64,000 bases of DNA from a virus. Its lineage: Duplodnaviria > Caudoviricetes. The translations under genes and the position numbers were made by a program. Shown here in pieces: positions 9,563-19,111 of this stretch. The DNA is taken from the IMG/VR virus record IMGVR_UViG_3300037455_000250, positions 1 through 64,000 of that record; one strand, given 5' to 3'. Position 1 is the stretch's first letter, and each line of letters begins with the position of its first letter. The notes below the pieces were generated by a model. It was not told where the DNA came from. It made no database searches and saw only the letters and a program-made list of their open reading frames with translations.

Positions 9563-9811
9563 ATGAATAACGATACTAAATATGAAAGCAAAGCGATTAC
9601 AACGCAAATTAGAGCGACTTCCAGAGTAAGTGCAAAAATCGGTGACGATTTCTACACATTAGAGTTCTCCGAAGAAAGAACTATTCCTGATGTAGAGGGC
9701 ATTGACCTTGAAAAAGAGCGTGAACTTCTGTGGGAAGATGTTAATTATTCCGTTGATACACAATTACAAGACACGATTAAATCTGTACTTGAAAGTAAGC
9801 GTAAGAAGTGA
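9563..9811 (+). CDS. Hypothetical protein
   Basis: GGAG SD, 82 aa. Confidence 0.6.
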   Translation: MNNDTKYESKAITTQIRATSRVSAKIGDDFYTLEFSEERTIPDVEGIDLEKERELLWEDVNYSVDTQLQDTIKSVLESKRKK

Positions 9812-9868
9812 TATTATAATGAGTACATACTCATAGATTTTGTTTTTGCCATAAGAACAATATCTCTT

Positions 9869-9968
9869 GTCGGTTATTTGGTGTGAGCATTTAACCGCTA
9901 TAATTGAATAACCGACGAACTAACTTGTCGATGGAGTTCTCACACAACTCTATTGACAAGTTTTTTAT
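9869..9968 (+). promoter_or_regulatory. Two-hairpin leader with complementary loops and a U tract, upstream of the initiator
   Basis: Stem 9869-9878/9907-9916; stem 9922-9938/9946-9962; loop GTGTGAG pairs with loop CTCACAC. Confidence 0.65.
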
Positions 9969-9990
9969 TGCAAGATTTAGGAGTTATTTT

Positions 9991-10734
9991 ATGAATAGAG
10001 ATTTTAAGGGAGTGTGGATTAGCAAAGATATTTGGCTTAATCCAGATTTAGATATAACAGAAAAGGCATTATTTGCAGAGATTGATAGTTTAGACACTGA
10101 GAATGGGTGTACGGCAAGTAATAAATATTTTACAGAGTTTTTTAGAATTAGTGAGAGTACGGTAACCCGTGCTATCTCACACTTAAAAGAATTAGGGCTT
10201 ATTGAGAGTTCGTTTGACGGAAAAATTAGAACTTTGAGAGTAGTCAAATTGACGAGGCAGAGTAGTCAAATTGACGAGCATATTAATACAGTTAATAGTG
10301 ATATATCTAATACTCAATTAAATATTATTCAAGATAATACTAATATAACTAATAAAGAAGATACATATAAAATAAAAGGGCAAAAATTCGTGGACGATTT
10401 TAACTCAATTTGTAAGTCGTTACCAAAATGCACTCGATTAACTGTTAAACGAAGTAAGGGTATATCAAATATATTAAAGAAATATTCCTATGACGATATT
10501 TTAACTGTTTTTGAAAAGTTAGAGGAGTCAGATTTTTGTACTAATCGTGGGGGCAAAGGATGGAGAGCAGACATTGATTTCATTTTAAGAGAGGATAAGT
10601 TTGTTAGTGTTTTAGAGGGTAAGTATGATAATCAAGGTCGAAGATGTAATGTAGAAACAATATCACAGGGAAATAAGAAACATCTTTCAGCAGAAGAAAG
10701 AGAGGCGATAATTAAGAATGGAAAGAAATTCTGA
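9991..10734 (+). CDS. Phage replication initiator (N-terminal winged HTH)
   Basis: FKGVWISKDIW..EKALFAEIDSL..GCTASNKYF..S..TV.RAIS.LK..G pattern; low-complexity linker; followed by a DnaC-like gene. Confidence 0.85.
   Translation: MNRDFKGVWISKDIWLNPDLDITEKALFAEIDSLDTENGCTASNKYFTEFFRISESTVTRAISHLKELGLIESSFDGKIRTLRVVKLTRQSSQIDEHINTVNSDISNTQLNIIQDNTNITNKEDTYKIKGQKFVDDFNSICKSLPKCTRLTVKRSKGISNILKKYSYDDILTVFEKLEESDFCTNRGGKGWRADIDFILREDKFVSVLEGKYDNQGRRCNVETISQGNKKHLSAEEREAIIKNGKKF
10239..10380. repeat. Probable origin: two 18-bp iterons AGTAGTCAAATTGACGAG plus an AT-rich tract inside the initiator gene
   Basis: Exact copies at 10239-10256 and 10261-10278 (22-bp period). Confidence 0.7.
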
Positions 10735-11368
10735 TTGTTGGTATAGTCGTGTGTGTAATGACGATTGTGAGCGTTGCACGACATATCCTCAGATGTTATG
10801 GCAGTTTGAAAATAGCGGATTGCCTAAGTCAAAATATAAAGTAATTGATTTGTACGCAGGCGAAGAAGATTATGACGCTTTTACACGATTAGCCGAGATA
10901 CGAAAGAACATAGCAGATTTCGTTGAACAAGGAAAGAATTTATATATCTGTGGGGCAACTCCCGGAAACGGTAAGACTTCTTGGTCTATTAAGATGTTAC
11001 AGACATACTTTCATTATGAGGCAGAAGGTAATTTATTTAATGTTATAGGTATGTTTGTTTCAGTACCAGATTTGCTTATTCGATTAAAAGATTTTAGTAA
11101 TCCGTTAGATAACGAGTATAAAGAAAACATTAAAGCGTGTAATTTGTTAATTCTTGATGATATAGCCGTTACTGGTCTATCACAGTTTGATTATCTTCAA
11201 CTGTTTACCATTATAGATAGTCGAATGTTATCAGGTAAATCTATTGTATTCACTTCAAACAATATCTCATTAAAAGATTTAGAAAAGTCTGTTGGTGAGC
11301 GTTTAGCGAGCAGAATATGGAACAACAGTGAAATAATCGAATTAAGAGGCGGTGATATGCGTGGTTGA
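10718..11368 (+). CDS. DnaC/IstB-like helicase loader ATPase
   Basis: GATPGNGKT Walker A, LLILDD Walker B, GERLASR. Confidence 0.88.
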   Translation: MERNSDCWYSRVCNDDCERCTTYPQMLWQFENSGLPKSKYKVIDLYAGEEDYDAFTRLAEIRKNIADFVEQGKNLYICGATPGNGKTSWSIKMLQTYFHYEAEGNLFNVIGMFVSVPDLLIRLKDFSNPLDNEYKENIKACNLLILDDIAVTGLSQFDYLQLFTIIDSRMLSGKSIVFTSNNISLKDLEKSVGERLASRIWNNSEIIELRGGDMRG

Positions 11369-12671
11369 GTTACAGATAATCTCAAAGATATTAGAAACAG
11401 GAGATTTCTCAATAATTGAGGATAATCTTATAACTGATGATTATTTCAAAGACACAGGATGGGAAGATGAGTTTTTATTCATCAAGAATTATTATCAAGA
11501 ATATGGTACTGTGCCAGATAAATCAACATTCTTACACAAATTCAAAGACAGATTTAAGGGTGAGAACCCTTTAGTTGATACTGAAAGAACCAGTAATGAA
11601 TATCTTGTTGATACAATCCGTGAAGAATATCAGTTTAGAAAGTTAGCACCTGTAGTAGATAAGATTGCAGACATAGCCAATACTGACGCAAATAAAGCGT
11701 GTGAGTATATGTTGCAGGCTATGAAAGATTTGCAACCGAATTATCGTTTGGGTGGTATAGATATTATTGCTAATGGTGATAAGAGATTAGAGAATTATAA
11801 GGATAGAGTTGAACATCAATCTGATTGGTATTTTTCAAGCGGTTTTCCAGAGTTAGATACTGTTACACACGGCATACAAAGAGGGGAAGAATTTATTGTT
11901 ATTTTTGCCCGTATCAATCAAGGTAAATCTTGGATATTAGAAAAGATGATAACGCACATTTGGTGTCAAGGGTTTAATGTTGCGTATATATCTCCAGAAA
12001 TGGGTGATGATAGTATAGGATATAGATTTGATACTTTATTTAAGGGTTATCCTAACAGAAGTTTGATGTGGGGTACATCAGAAGTAAATATCACAGAGTA
12101 TGAGAACCACATTAGTACATTAAAGAATGACCATAAGAATAAATTTATTGTAGCAACTCCAGAAGATTTTAATAGAAAAATAACTGTAAGCAAGTTACGC
12201 ACATTTATTAAACAACATAAGTTAGACGCAATCGCAGTAGACGGCATTAAGTATATGACAGATGAAAGAGGAAGAAGAAATGATAGTGACGCTACCGCAT
12301 TAACTAATATTAGTGCCGATTTAATGTCATTATCAGTCGAATTAAAAGTGCCTATTTTAGTTGTTCATCAAGCAAACAGACAAGGTGTAATTGATAACGA
12401 TAGTGAGGGTACTCCTGGTATGCACACAATAAAAGACAGTGACGGTATTGGGGCGTGTGCGTCAAAAGTATTTTCATTAAGACAAAAAGACGGTGCAGTA
12501 TCTATTACTCCAGTAAAGCAGAGAAATGGCCCTGTCGGTGACACATTCAAATATCTTTGGAATATAAATATCGGTGAGTTTATATACACCGCAGATAATA
12601 AAGATTACACACCAGAAGAAAAGAAAGAACGCAGAGAACGCAAAAAGAATGGAGGTAAAGATGTATTCTAA
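11352..12671 (+). CDS. dnaB: Replicative DnaB-family helicase
   Basis: FARINQGKS, ISPEM, AIAVDG, HQANR, KQRNG motifs. Confidence 0.88.
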   Translation: MICVVELQIISKILETGDFSIIEDNLITDDYFKDTGWEDEFLFIKNYYQEYGTVPDKSTFLHKFKDRFKGENPLVDTERTSNEYLVDTIREEYQFRKLAPVVDKIADIANTDANKACEYMLQAMKDLQPNYRLGGIDIIANGDKRLENYKDRVEHQSDWYFSSGFPELDTVTHGIQRGEEFIVIFARINQGKSWILEKMITHIWCQGFNVAYISPEMGDDSIGYRFDTLFKGYPNRSLMWGTSEVNITEYENHISTLKNDHKNKFIVATPEDFNRKITVSKLRTFIKQHKLDAIAVDGIKYMTDERGRRNDSDATALTNISADLMSLSVELKVPILVVHQANRQGVIDNDSEGTPGMHTIKDSDGIGACASKVFSLRQKDGAVSITPVKQRNGPVGDTFKYLWNINIGEFIYTADNKDYTPEEKKERRERKKNGGKDVF

Positions 12672-12816
12672 TGATGTTAACCTTACATTATGCAACAAAT
12701 GTAAATCGTGTGTTGATGGAAAATGCACAGATAGTTTTGAACCCGGTGTTAGATATGCCTGTGTTAATGTGATATTTAAGGAGAACACAGATGAATATAG
12801 ACGGAACAATAATTAA
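12661..12816 (+). CDS. Small Cys-rich protein
   Basis: GGAGG SD; CxxC..C..C. Confidence 0.45.
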   Translation: MYSNDVNLTLCNKCKSCVDGKCTDSFEPGVRYACVNVIFKENTDEYRRNNN

Positions 12817-13759
12817 CGCAGAACCAGAAGATATAATCACTGAGTTAAGAGCCCAGTTGGCAAAGAGCGGCATACAAAAGTTTGCGAAGATATTTGATAG
12901 TGGGGATGATTTAATGATTTGTTGCCCATATCATAAAGAAGGCCAAGAGCGTAATCCAAGTGCTGGCATTAGAAAATCTGACGGACTATTTCACTGTCTT
13001 GCTTGTGGTGAAACACACGCATTAACCGAAATGATTAGTGATTGTTTGGGATATAATAACCCAATATTAGGATATAAATGGCTGATACAGAATTTTGCAA
13101 CAACAGAGGTCAGTTCTCGTGGAAAAATTATTGTTAATTATAGAAGGCTCAATAATGATAATGTGCCTGATATTAGTTCTCCAAAGATAAGTGAAGAAGA
13201 ATTGGATAATTACCGATATATACACCCGTATCTGTATGAACGTGGTTTAACAGATGAAATTATAGAAAAGTTTGATATAGGGTATGACAAAGCGACTGAC
13301 AGTATCACATTTCCTGTGAGAGATAATAATGGCGATTGTATGTTCGTTGCAAGACGGTCTGTTAAGACACATCACTTTGATTTGCCTAAAGGCATAACAA
13401 AACCATTATATGGTATGTATGAGTTGACACATACAAAAGGGTTCGGAGTTAAATATCCTACAAAGTTATATATCTGTGAAGGAACATTCGATTGTTTAAG
13501 ATTTTGGTGTAATGATAAACTCGCAGTAGCGGGTTTTGGTTGTTTGTTTAATACATATCAGATAAAGCAAATACAAGATTTGCCGATTAGAACAGTAGTG
13601 ATTGCCACAGACAACGATAAAGCAGGCTATGAGGCAAATAATAGATTGCGTAAACTATTAACAAACAAGGTAATCAAAGAAGTTATATGGCCAGAAGGTC
13701 GCAAAGACGCGGGCGAATGTACTGATGAAGAAATACAAAATCTCAAGGAGGTTCTATGA
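12791..13759 (+). CDS. dnaG: DNA primase (CHC2 zinc finger plus TOPRIM)
   Basis: CPYH..E.NPS, FHCLACG, ICEG..D, ATDNDKAG, KDAGE. Confidence 0.92.
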   Translation: MNIDGTIINAEPEDIITELRAQLAKSGIQKFAKIFDSGDDLMICCPYHKEGQERNPSAGIRKSDGLFHCLACGETHALTEMISDCLGYNNPILGYKWLIQNFATTEVSSRGKIIVNYRRLNNDNVPDISSPKISEEELDNYRYIHPYLYERGLTDEIIEKFDIGYDKATDSITFPVRDNNGDCMFVARRSVKTHHFDLPKGITKPLYGMYELTHTKGFGVKYPTKLYICEGTFDCLRFWCNDKLAVAGFGCLFNTYQIKQIQDLPIRTVVIATDNDKAGYEANNRLRKLLTNKVIKEVIWPEGRKDAGECTDEEIQNLKEVL

Positions 13760-14427
13760 TATACACTTTTTGGGAAGGGTCAATGTCTGGATACATAAAA
13801 TTGTGTTTAGATACTTGGCGTCAAGAGTTTACACTTTTGAATTATGACAACCTTAATAACTACACTAACTTAGATATAAAGGCGTTACAGAATTATACCA
13901 TTGCTCAAATATCCGATATTGTTCGTGTGCATATATTAAGAGATAACGGTGGATATTGGGTTGACGCAGATACTATTATGCTTACTGATTATTTGCCCGA
14001 AGAAAATATGATAGGTATGCCATCAGATAGAACTGCACATTGTGGGTATCTTCATTTTGATAAGAACGCTACTATGCTAAAAGAGTGGGCAGAAAAGCAA
14101 GATATGATTATCAGTTCAGGTAGCACGGGTGAATGGGACTTATTTGCAAACTCTCTTTCTGACCCGCTTGTTAAGAAGTATGATGAAGTTACCATAAAAG
14201 ACAGGCAATTATATTTTCCCGAAAGTTATATGTCTATTGAAAATAATCCATATTGTCAATACAGAGATTTTTATTTTGATAATCATTATCAAGTATCGGA
14301 TATAAAGCCGACTGAACTGCTTATGTTACACAATTCTTGGACACCATCTTGGTATAAAGATTTAAGTGAGATAGAGGTACTAACTAAAACAAGAACAATG
14401 TCAAATATATTAAAGGAGGTTTTATGA
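13756..14427 (+). CDS. GT32 / capsular-synthesis-like DxD glycosyltransferase
   Basis: YTFWEG, SDIVRVHILRDNGGYWVDAD. Confidence 0.75.
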   Translation: MIYTFWEGSMSGYIKLCLDTWRQEFTLLNYDNLNNYTNLDIKALQNYTIAQISDIVRVHILRDNGGYWVDADTIMLTDYLPEENMIGMPSDRTAHCGYLHFDKNATMLKEWAEKQDMIISSGSTGEWDLFANSLSDPLVKKYDEVTIKDRQLYFPESYMSIENNPYCQYRDFYFDNHYQVSDIKPTELLMLHNSWTPSWYKDLSEIEVLTKTRTMSNILKEVL

Positions 14428-15083
14428 GATACATAATTATGTGTGGTGGCAAGTATCATCAATGGAAAAAACCGAGACAACTCACACGAATATTTGGTGA
14501 AACACTTATTGAGCGTACAACTCGATTATTGAAGATGTGTGGAGTTAGTGGTCACGATATTTGGGTTAGTACATCTAATGCAGAAATGGTGCGTTCAATA
14601 TTGCAAGAAGTGCCACATACACACATTGTGGTACACAATAATCCTTTTGAAGTGATTAGTCCGAGTATTATTACTGGATATTGGTGTGACTGTTTTTATC
14701 CAATGACAGAGCCGTGTACTTATATAATGGGTGATGTTGTATTTTCAGAAAAAGCCATAGAAACGATTGTTAAGACAGAAACTACCGATATTGAGTTTTT
14801 TGCGTCAGCGCCGCCATTTACTAAACAGTATTCAAAAGAGTGGGCAGAGCCTTTTGCTTTTAAGGTATTTGACCAAGAACACTTGAAGTCTGCACAACTC
14901 AAAACAAAACAATTATGGGATGAACACAAATTTAATCGACACCCTATTGCGTGGGAGTTTTGGCAAGTAGTGAAAGATACACCACTAAATCAGATAGATT
15001 ATACTAATTACACAGTTATTAATGATTATACCTGTGACATAGATAAGCCAGAAGATATTAAATACTTTGAAGGAGTAATGTAA
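14424..15083 (+). CDS. Nucleotidyltransferase-like protein (LicC/NTP_transf-like)
   Basis: YIIMCGG..PRQL...GETLIER, GDV and CDIDKPED; canonical GxGTR is degenerate. Confidence 0.6.
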   Translation: MRYIIMCGGKYHQWKKPRQLTRIFGETLIERTTRLLKMCGVSGHDIWVSTSNAEMVRSILQEVPHTHIVVHNNPFEVISPSIITGYWCDCFYPMTEPCTYIMGDVVFSEKAIETIVKTETTDIEFFASAPPFTKQYSKEWAEPFAFKVFDQEHLKSAQLKTKQLWDEHKFNRHPIAWEFWQVVKDTPLNQIDYTNYTVINDYTCDIDKPEDIKYFEGVM

Positions 15084-15304
15084 TGATTAGGCGCAGAGTA
15101 GTTGAGTGTGATGTTTGTGGGGAAGAAGTTGGGGCTAATTCATATAAGATAATCAGAGCAAAGGATATATTAAATTGTTGGGATGACCCTGTATTTGTTT
15201 TTTCAGATAAGTATATTCTTTGTGGAGATTGTGAGTATCGGATTAAACGCATAACAAAACGAATGAAAAATATTATAAATACTAAAGAGAAAGGAAAACG
15301 CTAA
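15083..15304 (+). CDS. Small CxxC zinc-binding protein
   Basis: CDVC and CGDC. Confidence 0.55.
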   Translation: MIRRRVVECDVCGEEVGANSYKIIRAKDILNCWDDPVFVFSDKYILCGDCEYRIKRITKRMKNIINTKEKGKR

Positions 15305-15993
15305 TGGCATACTATTTAATTCATACTTGCAACCAACGATTTTGGTATGTAAAAGAGTATTTAATCCCGTCTATGATGTTACAAGGCATTCCAGCAGATA
15401 ATATATTTGTCTATCGGGATTATAACGAGATTGGAAATCTAAGGGCATTCATTGATAGTTGTAATAAGAATGTTCAACAGTGCGAGAAGAATGGCATTAG
15501 CGGAGTTTGGCACTTACAAGATGATATAATTGTCAGTAATGACTTTGCACAAAAGACACAGTTATATGATAACGGATTAGTTTGTGGGTTTACTTGTGCT
15601 TACGATAAACAACCAGAAGAGGGTTTCTTTCAGTTATATCAACAAAAGATGTGGTATAGTTTTCCGTGTATGCGAATACCAACAAGCGTGTTAAGAGCGT
15701 TCGTTGATTGGGCAAATGTAAATCTATGGCAAAGTAAATATTTTAAGTCGTGGGTTAAGAGAAACAAAGCAGATGATATGATTTTCAAAGAATGGCTATA
15801 TGATAACTATCCAGATATGACACATCATAATCTTGCCCCAAACATTGTAAATCACATTGATAAGTATTTAGGTGGTTCTGTTGTAAATACACAAAGAGAT
15901 AAAGACCAAGATACTATGTCAATCTTTTGGGAAGACAACGGAGAGTTACAGAATGTAATGAAGTTCTTGCTTGACAGAAAACAGAATATTTAG
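15304..15993 (+). CDS. GT-A-fold glycosyltransferase-like protein
   Basis: WHLQDDIIVS DxD-like motif, DDMIF, PNIVNHI. Confidence 0.6.
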   Translation: MAYYLIHTCNQRFWYVKEYLIPSMMLQGIPADNIFVYRDYNEIGNLRAFIDSCNKNVQQCEKNGISGVWHLQDDIIVSNDFAQKTQLYDNGLVCGFTCAYDKQPEEGFFQLYQQKMWYSFPCMRIPTSVLRAFVDWANVNLWQSKYFKSWVKRNKADDMIFKEWLYDNYPDMTHHNLAPNIVNHIDKYLGGSVVNTQRDKDQDTMSIFWEDNGELQNVMKFLLDRKQNI

Positions 15994-15999
15994 TATAAT
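15971..15999 (+). promoter_or_regulatory. SigA-type promoter
   Basis: TTGACA-17-TATAAT. Confidence 0.85.
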
Positions 16000-16052
16000 G
16001 TTTATAGTTTCATAAGAAACAAAACAGTAAAACAGTATAAAGGAGACAGTTT

Positions 16053-16733
16053 ATGGGCAGATTAACAGGCGACAACATTGAACAGTTTAGGAGTTACTCA
16101 GGTGACGGTTCAAACAACAGACGCAAATTTTTATCTCTTAAAGATAAGGGTTCAACCGCAAGAGGTAGAATTGTTTGTGAGAAAGCAGAAGATGTTGAGT
16201 GCTATGTAGTTCACAGAGTAAAAGTTGGTGACTACGAAAGAGAAGTAAATTGCTTGTATGAGCAGGGCGGTTCTATCGAAGATTGTCCGTTCTGCAAAGC
16301 AAAGTTAGACAGGTCAGCAAAGATTTATATCCCATTCTTTGACGAGGCAGATGGAGAAATTAAGATTTTTGAAAGACCTAACAGTTTTTACAGTAAGATT
16401 TCAAGTTATTGTTCCCGTTTCGCACCTATCGTTTCGTATGATATAGAGATTGTACGCAATCACGAAAAGGACAGTAAGAAACCCGATTTTGATATTTTCC
16501 CTGGTAAGTCAGATGGAGCAACTGTTGAGGATATTCTGGATGACGCAGGTGTTGAAGAATTGCCAAAGATTTTAGGTGTATATGTTCTTGACAAAACCGC
16601 AGATGATATGGAATATTATCTCGAACACAACGAGTTTCCAGAAACAAGAAGTGAAGATACTCCTATAAGACGAGGAAGTTCATCAGAAGAAGAAAGACCC
16701 CGTAGAAGAGGACGCAGTGGAGATAGGTTCTAA
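16053..16733 (+). CDS. Single-stranded DNA-binding protein (phage type)
   Basis: HRV..C..CPFC zinc motif, charged disordered C-terminus, directly upstream of polA. Confidence 0.65.
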   Translation: MGRLTGDNIEQFRSYSGDGSNNRRKFLSLKDKGSTARGRIVCEKAEDVECYVVHRVKVGDYEREVNCLYEQGGSIEDCPFCKAKLDRSAKIYIPFFDEADGEIKIFERPNSFYSKISSYCSRFAPIVSYDIEIVRNHEKDSKKPDFDIFPGKSDGATVEDILDDAGVEELPKILGVYVLDKTADDMEYYLEHNEFPETRSEDTPIRRGSSSEEERPRRRGRSGDRF

Positions 16734-19033
16734 TGTCACAGTTGTCTTTGTTCGGCGATAGGTTTGACAAAGAAACCGATTTAGAAATCGCAAAACAATC
16801 TAAACAGAAGTCCAAGAGAAATGCCGTTACTGTAAAAGGTAACGGCATACTTGACAAGATAGCAATTATTAGGAACAATGTCGAGAACGCACTTGGCAAA
16901 TATAAAGACAGATATGTTTGTATTCAAGATATGGACACTTTGCGTAAATACATTGATACCTGTTTAGATGATGGCAGAATTGCATTAGATACAGAAACGA
17001 CAGGACTTAATGTATTCAAAGATAAGATAGTTGGTATATGTCTTAAATCAAAGAGCAATAAAGGAGCATACATACCAATTAACCATGTTTCATATAACAT
17101 AGCAGATAATACATTTACTCGTATTGATACCCAATTAACGATTGAGCAAGTAAGGCCTGAATTGAAAAGACTTGCCGAAAATATCAAAGAGGTTGATATG
17201 TTTAACTCATTCTTTGATAAGAGAGTAATCAAGCACAATTTTGGGCTTTACTTCCCTTGTACTTGGGAGTGTTCTATCGGAGCAAAGATACTTAATGAGA
17301 ATATGAACGAGAAGGACTATAACTTAAAGTTCCAACATTCTTACTATGTTCTTAACGGCGAGGAAGACGAGTTTAGATTTGGTGATTTGTTTAATGATAT
17401 AGGGTTTGATAAATGTCCTATTGATTGTGCGACCATATATGGTGGGCATGACGCCGATGATACATTTGAGTTGTCAGATTTTCAGCGTGAGCATATCTAT
17501 TATGAGCCGGATTGCACATTTGCAGATAGAAACGGAATGAATGGTGCGTCTTGGTGTTTCTTTAACATTGAAATGCCGTGTGTTGACGCAACAATCGAAC
17601 TTGAAGAAAACGGCATAGCACTTGACCTAAACTATCAAAAAGAATTATCAGAGAGATACAATAAAAAAGCAAAGGAAATACTTGATAGATTTAGTACAGA
17701 GTTAGAGCCATATAATGAGCAGTTAGACGCATTAAGACGGCAAGGTGTTAAACTCGATAATCCTATAAATATAGGCAGTCCAAAGCAGTTAGCAGTATTA
17801 CTATATGATGTGCTTAATGTAGGTGTTATAGAGAAGAAAAGTCCGAGGGGTACAGGAGAAGAAATCTTAACAAAGATTGATAACCCTATTGTTAAAACTA
17901 TTCTTGATTATCGTAGTGTTCAAAAACTTATAGGCACATATATTGATAAATTGCCTACTTGTCTTGAAGATGATGGAAGAATACACGCACAGTTTCATCA
18001 ATATGGTGCGAGAACTGGTAGATTTAGTTCAAGTAATCCAAATTTACAAAATATTCCATCACACAACAGAGATATTAGACCTATGTTTGTTGCAAGTCCA
18101 AATCATTTATTGATTTCTATGGACTACTCACAACAAGAGCCTTCGTGTCTTGCCGCTTTCTGTAAAAAGATGGGTTACGATAATCTGTTTAATGCACGAT
18201 TTAAGGGAAATGACTTATACAGTGAGGTTGCAAGTGCTATCTTTAATCTTCCTTATGATGATTGTGTTGAGCATAGAGCAGACGGCACGATTAATAAAGA
18301 AGGTAAAGCAAGACGAAATGACGCTAAACCAGTTCTGTTAGGTATCTTATACGATAGAGGTGATGATAGCGTTGCAGAGGCACTACACATAACATTAGAG
18401 CAAGCCAGACAACTTAAACGCAATCTGTATAAGAGATTTCCAGAGATACTTAAATTTGAGCAAGAGAGTGTCAGAATGGCGCAAGAGTTTGGTTATGTTG
18501 ATACGATTTGTGGTCGTAAGTGTCGTATACCAGATATGATGTTAGATGATTATGACTTTAAGTGGATTGACGCACCAAAAACTGATGATGTGCTTGATTT
18601 TGATGGTGATATTGTTGATGAAGTTCCAGACGAAATCTGTGATAAGTATTGGAACAGACTTCATCAAAAGTATGCAAAGAAAAGAGAAATCTTTGAAGAG
18701 GCAAATAAGAAAGACGGAATATGGATTATTGATAACACATTCAAGATAGCAGAGGCTACGAGAAAGTGTGTTAATTCTCGTATTCAAGGCAGTGCGGCAG
18801 ACCTTACAAAGAAAGCAATGGCAGAAGTTCTTAAATGTAATCGACTGACAGAGTTAGGTTTCAAGTTACTTATCCAAGTACACGACGAACTTATTGGAGA
18901 ATGTCCAGAAGAAAATATTAAAGAATGTTCAAAGTTATTAGCAGAGGTAATGTCAAAGGCCGCAGAAGAACTTATCGGTATGCCGTTTAGTTGTGATGCA
19001 GAAATTACAAAAGCGTGGTACGGATTAGATTAA
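16733..19033 (+). CDS. polA: Family A DNA polymerase with 3'-5' exonuclease domain
   Basis: DTETTG ExoI, TGRFSS..PNLQN, DYSQQE, AK..LLG..Y, QGSAAD, VHDEL. Confidence 0.95.
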   Translation: MSQLSLFGDRFDKETDLEIAKQSKQKSKRNAVTVKGNGILDKIAIIRNNVENALGKYKDRYVCIQDMDTLRKYIDTCLDDGRIALDTETTGLNVFKDKIVGICLKSKSNKGAYIPINHVSYNIADNTFTRIDTQLTIEQVRPELKRLAENIKEVDMFNSFFDKRVIKHNFGLYFPCTWECSIGAKILNENMNEKDYNLKFQHSYYVLNGEEDEFRFGDLFNDIGFDKCPIDCATIYGGHDADDTFELSDFQREHIYYEPDCTFADRNGMNGASWCFFNIEMPCVDATIELEENGIALDLNYQKELSERYNKKAKEILDRFSTELEPYNEQLDALRRQGVKLDNPINIGSPKQLAVLLYDVLNVGVIEKKSPRGTGEEILTKIDNPIVKTILDYRSVQKLIGTYIDKLPTCLEDDGRIHAQFHQYGARTGRFSSSNPNLQNIPSHNRDIRPMFVASPNHLLISMDYSQQEPSCLAAFCKKMGYDNLFNARFKGNDLYSEVASAIFNLPYDDCVEHRADGTINKEGKARRNDAKPVLLGILYDRGDDSVAEALHITLEQARQLKRNLYKRFPEILKFEQESVRMAQEFGYVDTICGRKCRIPDMMLDDYDFKWIDAPKTDDVLDFDGDIVDEVPDEICDKYWNRLHQKYAKKREIFEEANKKDGIWIIDNTFKIAEATRKCVNSRIQGSAADLTKKAMAEVLKCNRLTELGFKLLIQVHDELIGECPEENIKECSKLLAEVMSKAAEELIGMPFSCDAEITKAWYGLD

Positions 19034-19111
19034 TTTACAAAAAGTTTACAGTTAAACATTATAATAAATGTTATAATAAAGTATAGATAGAGTACGAGTG
19101 AGGTATATTAT

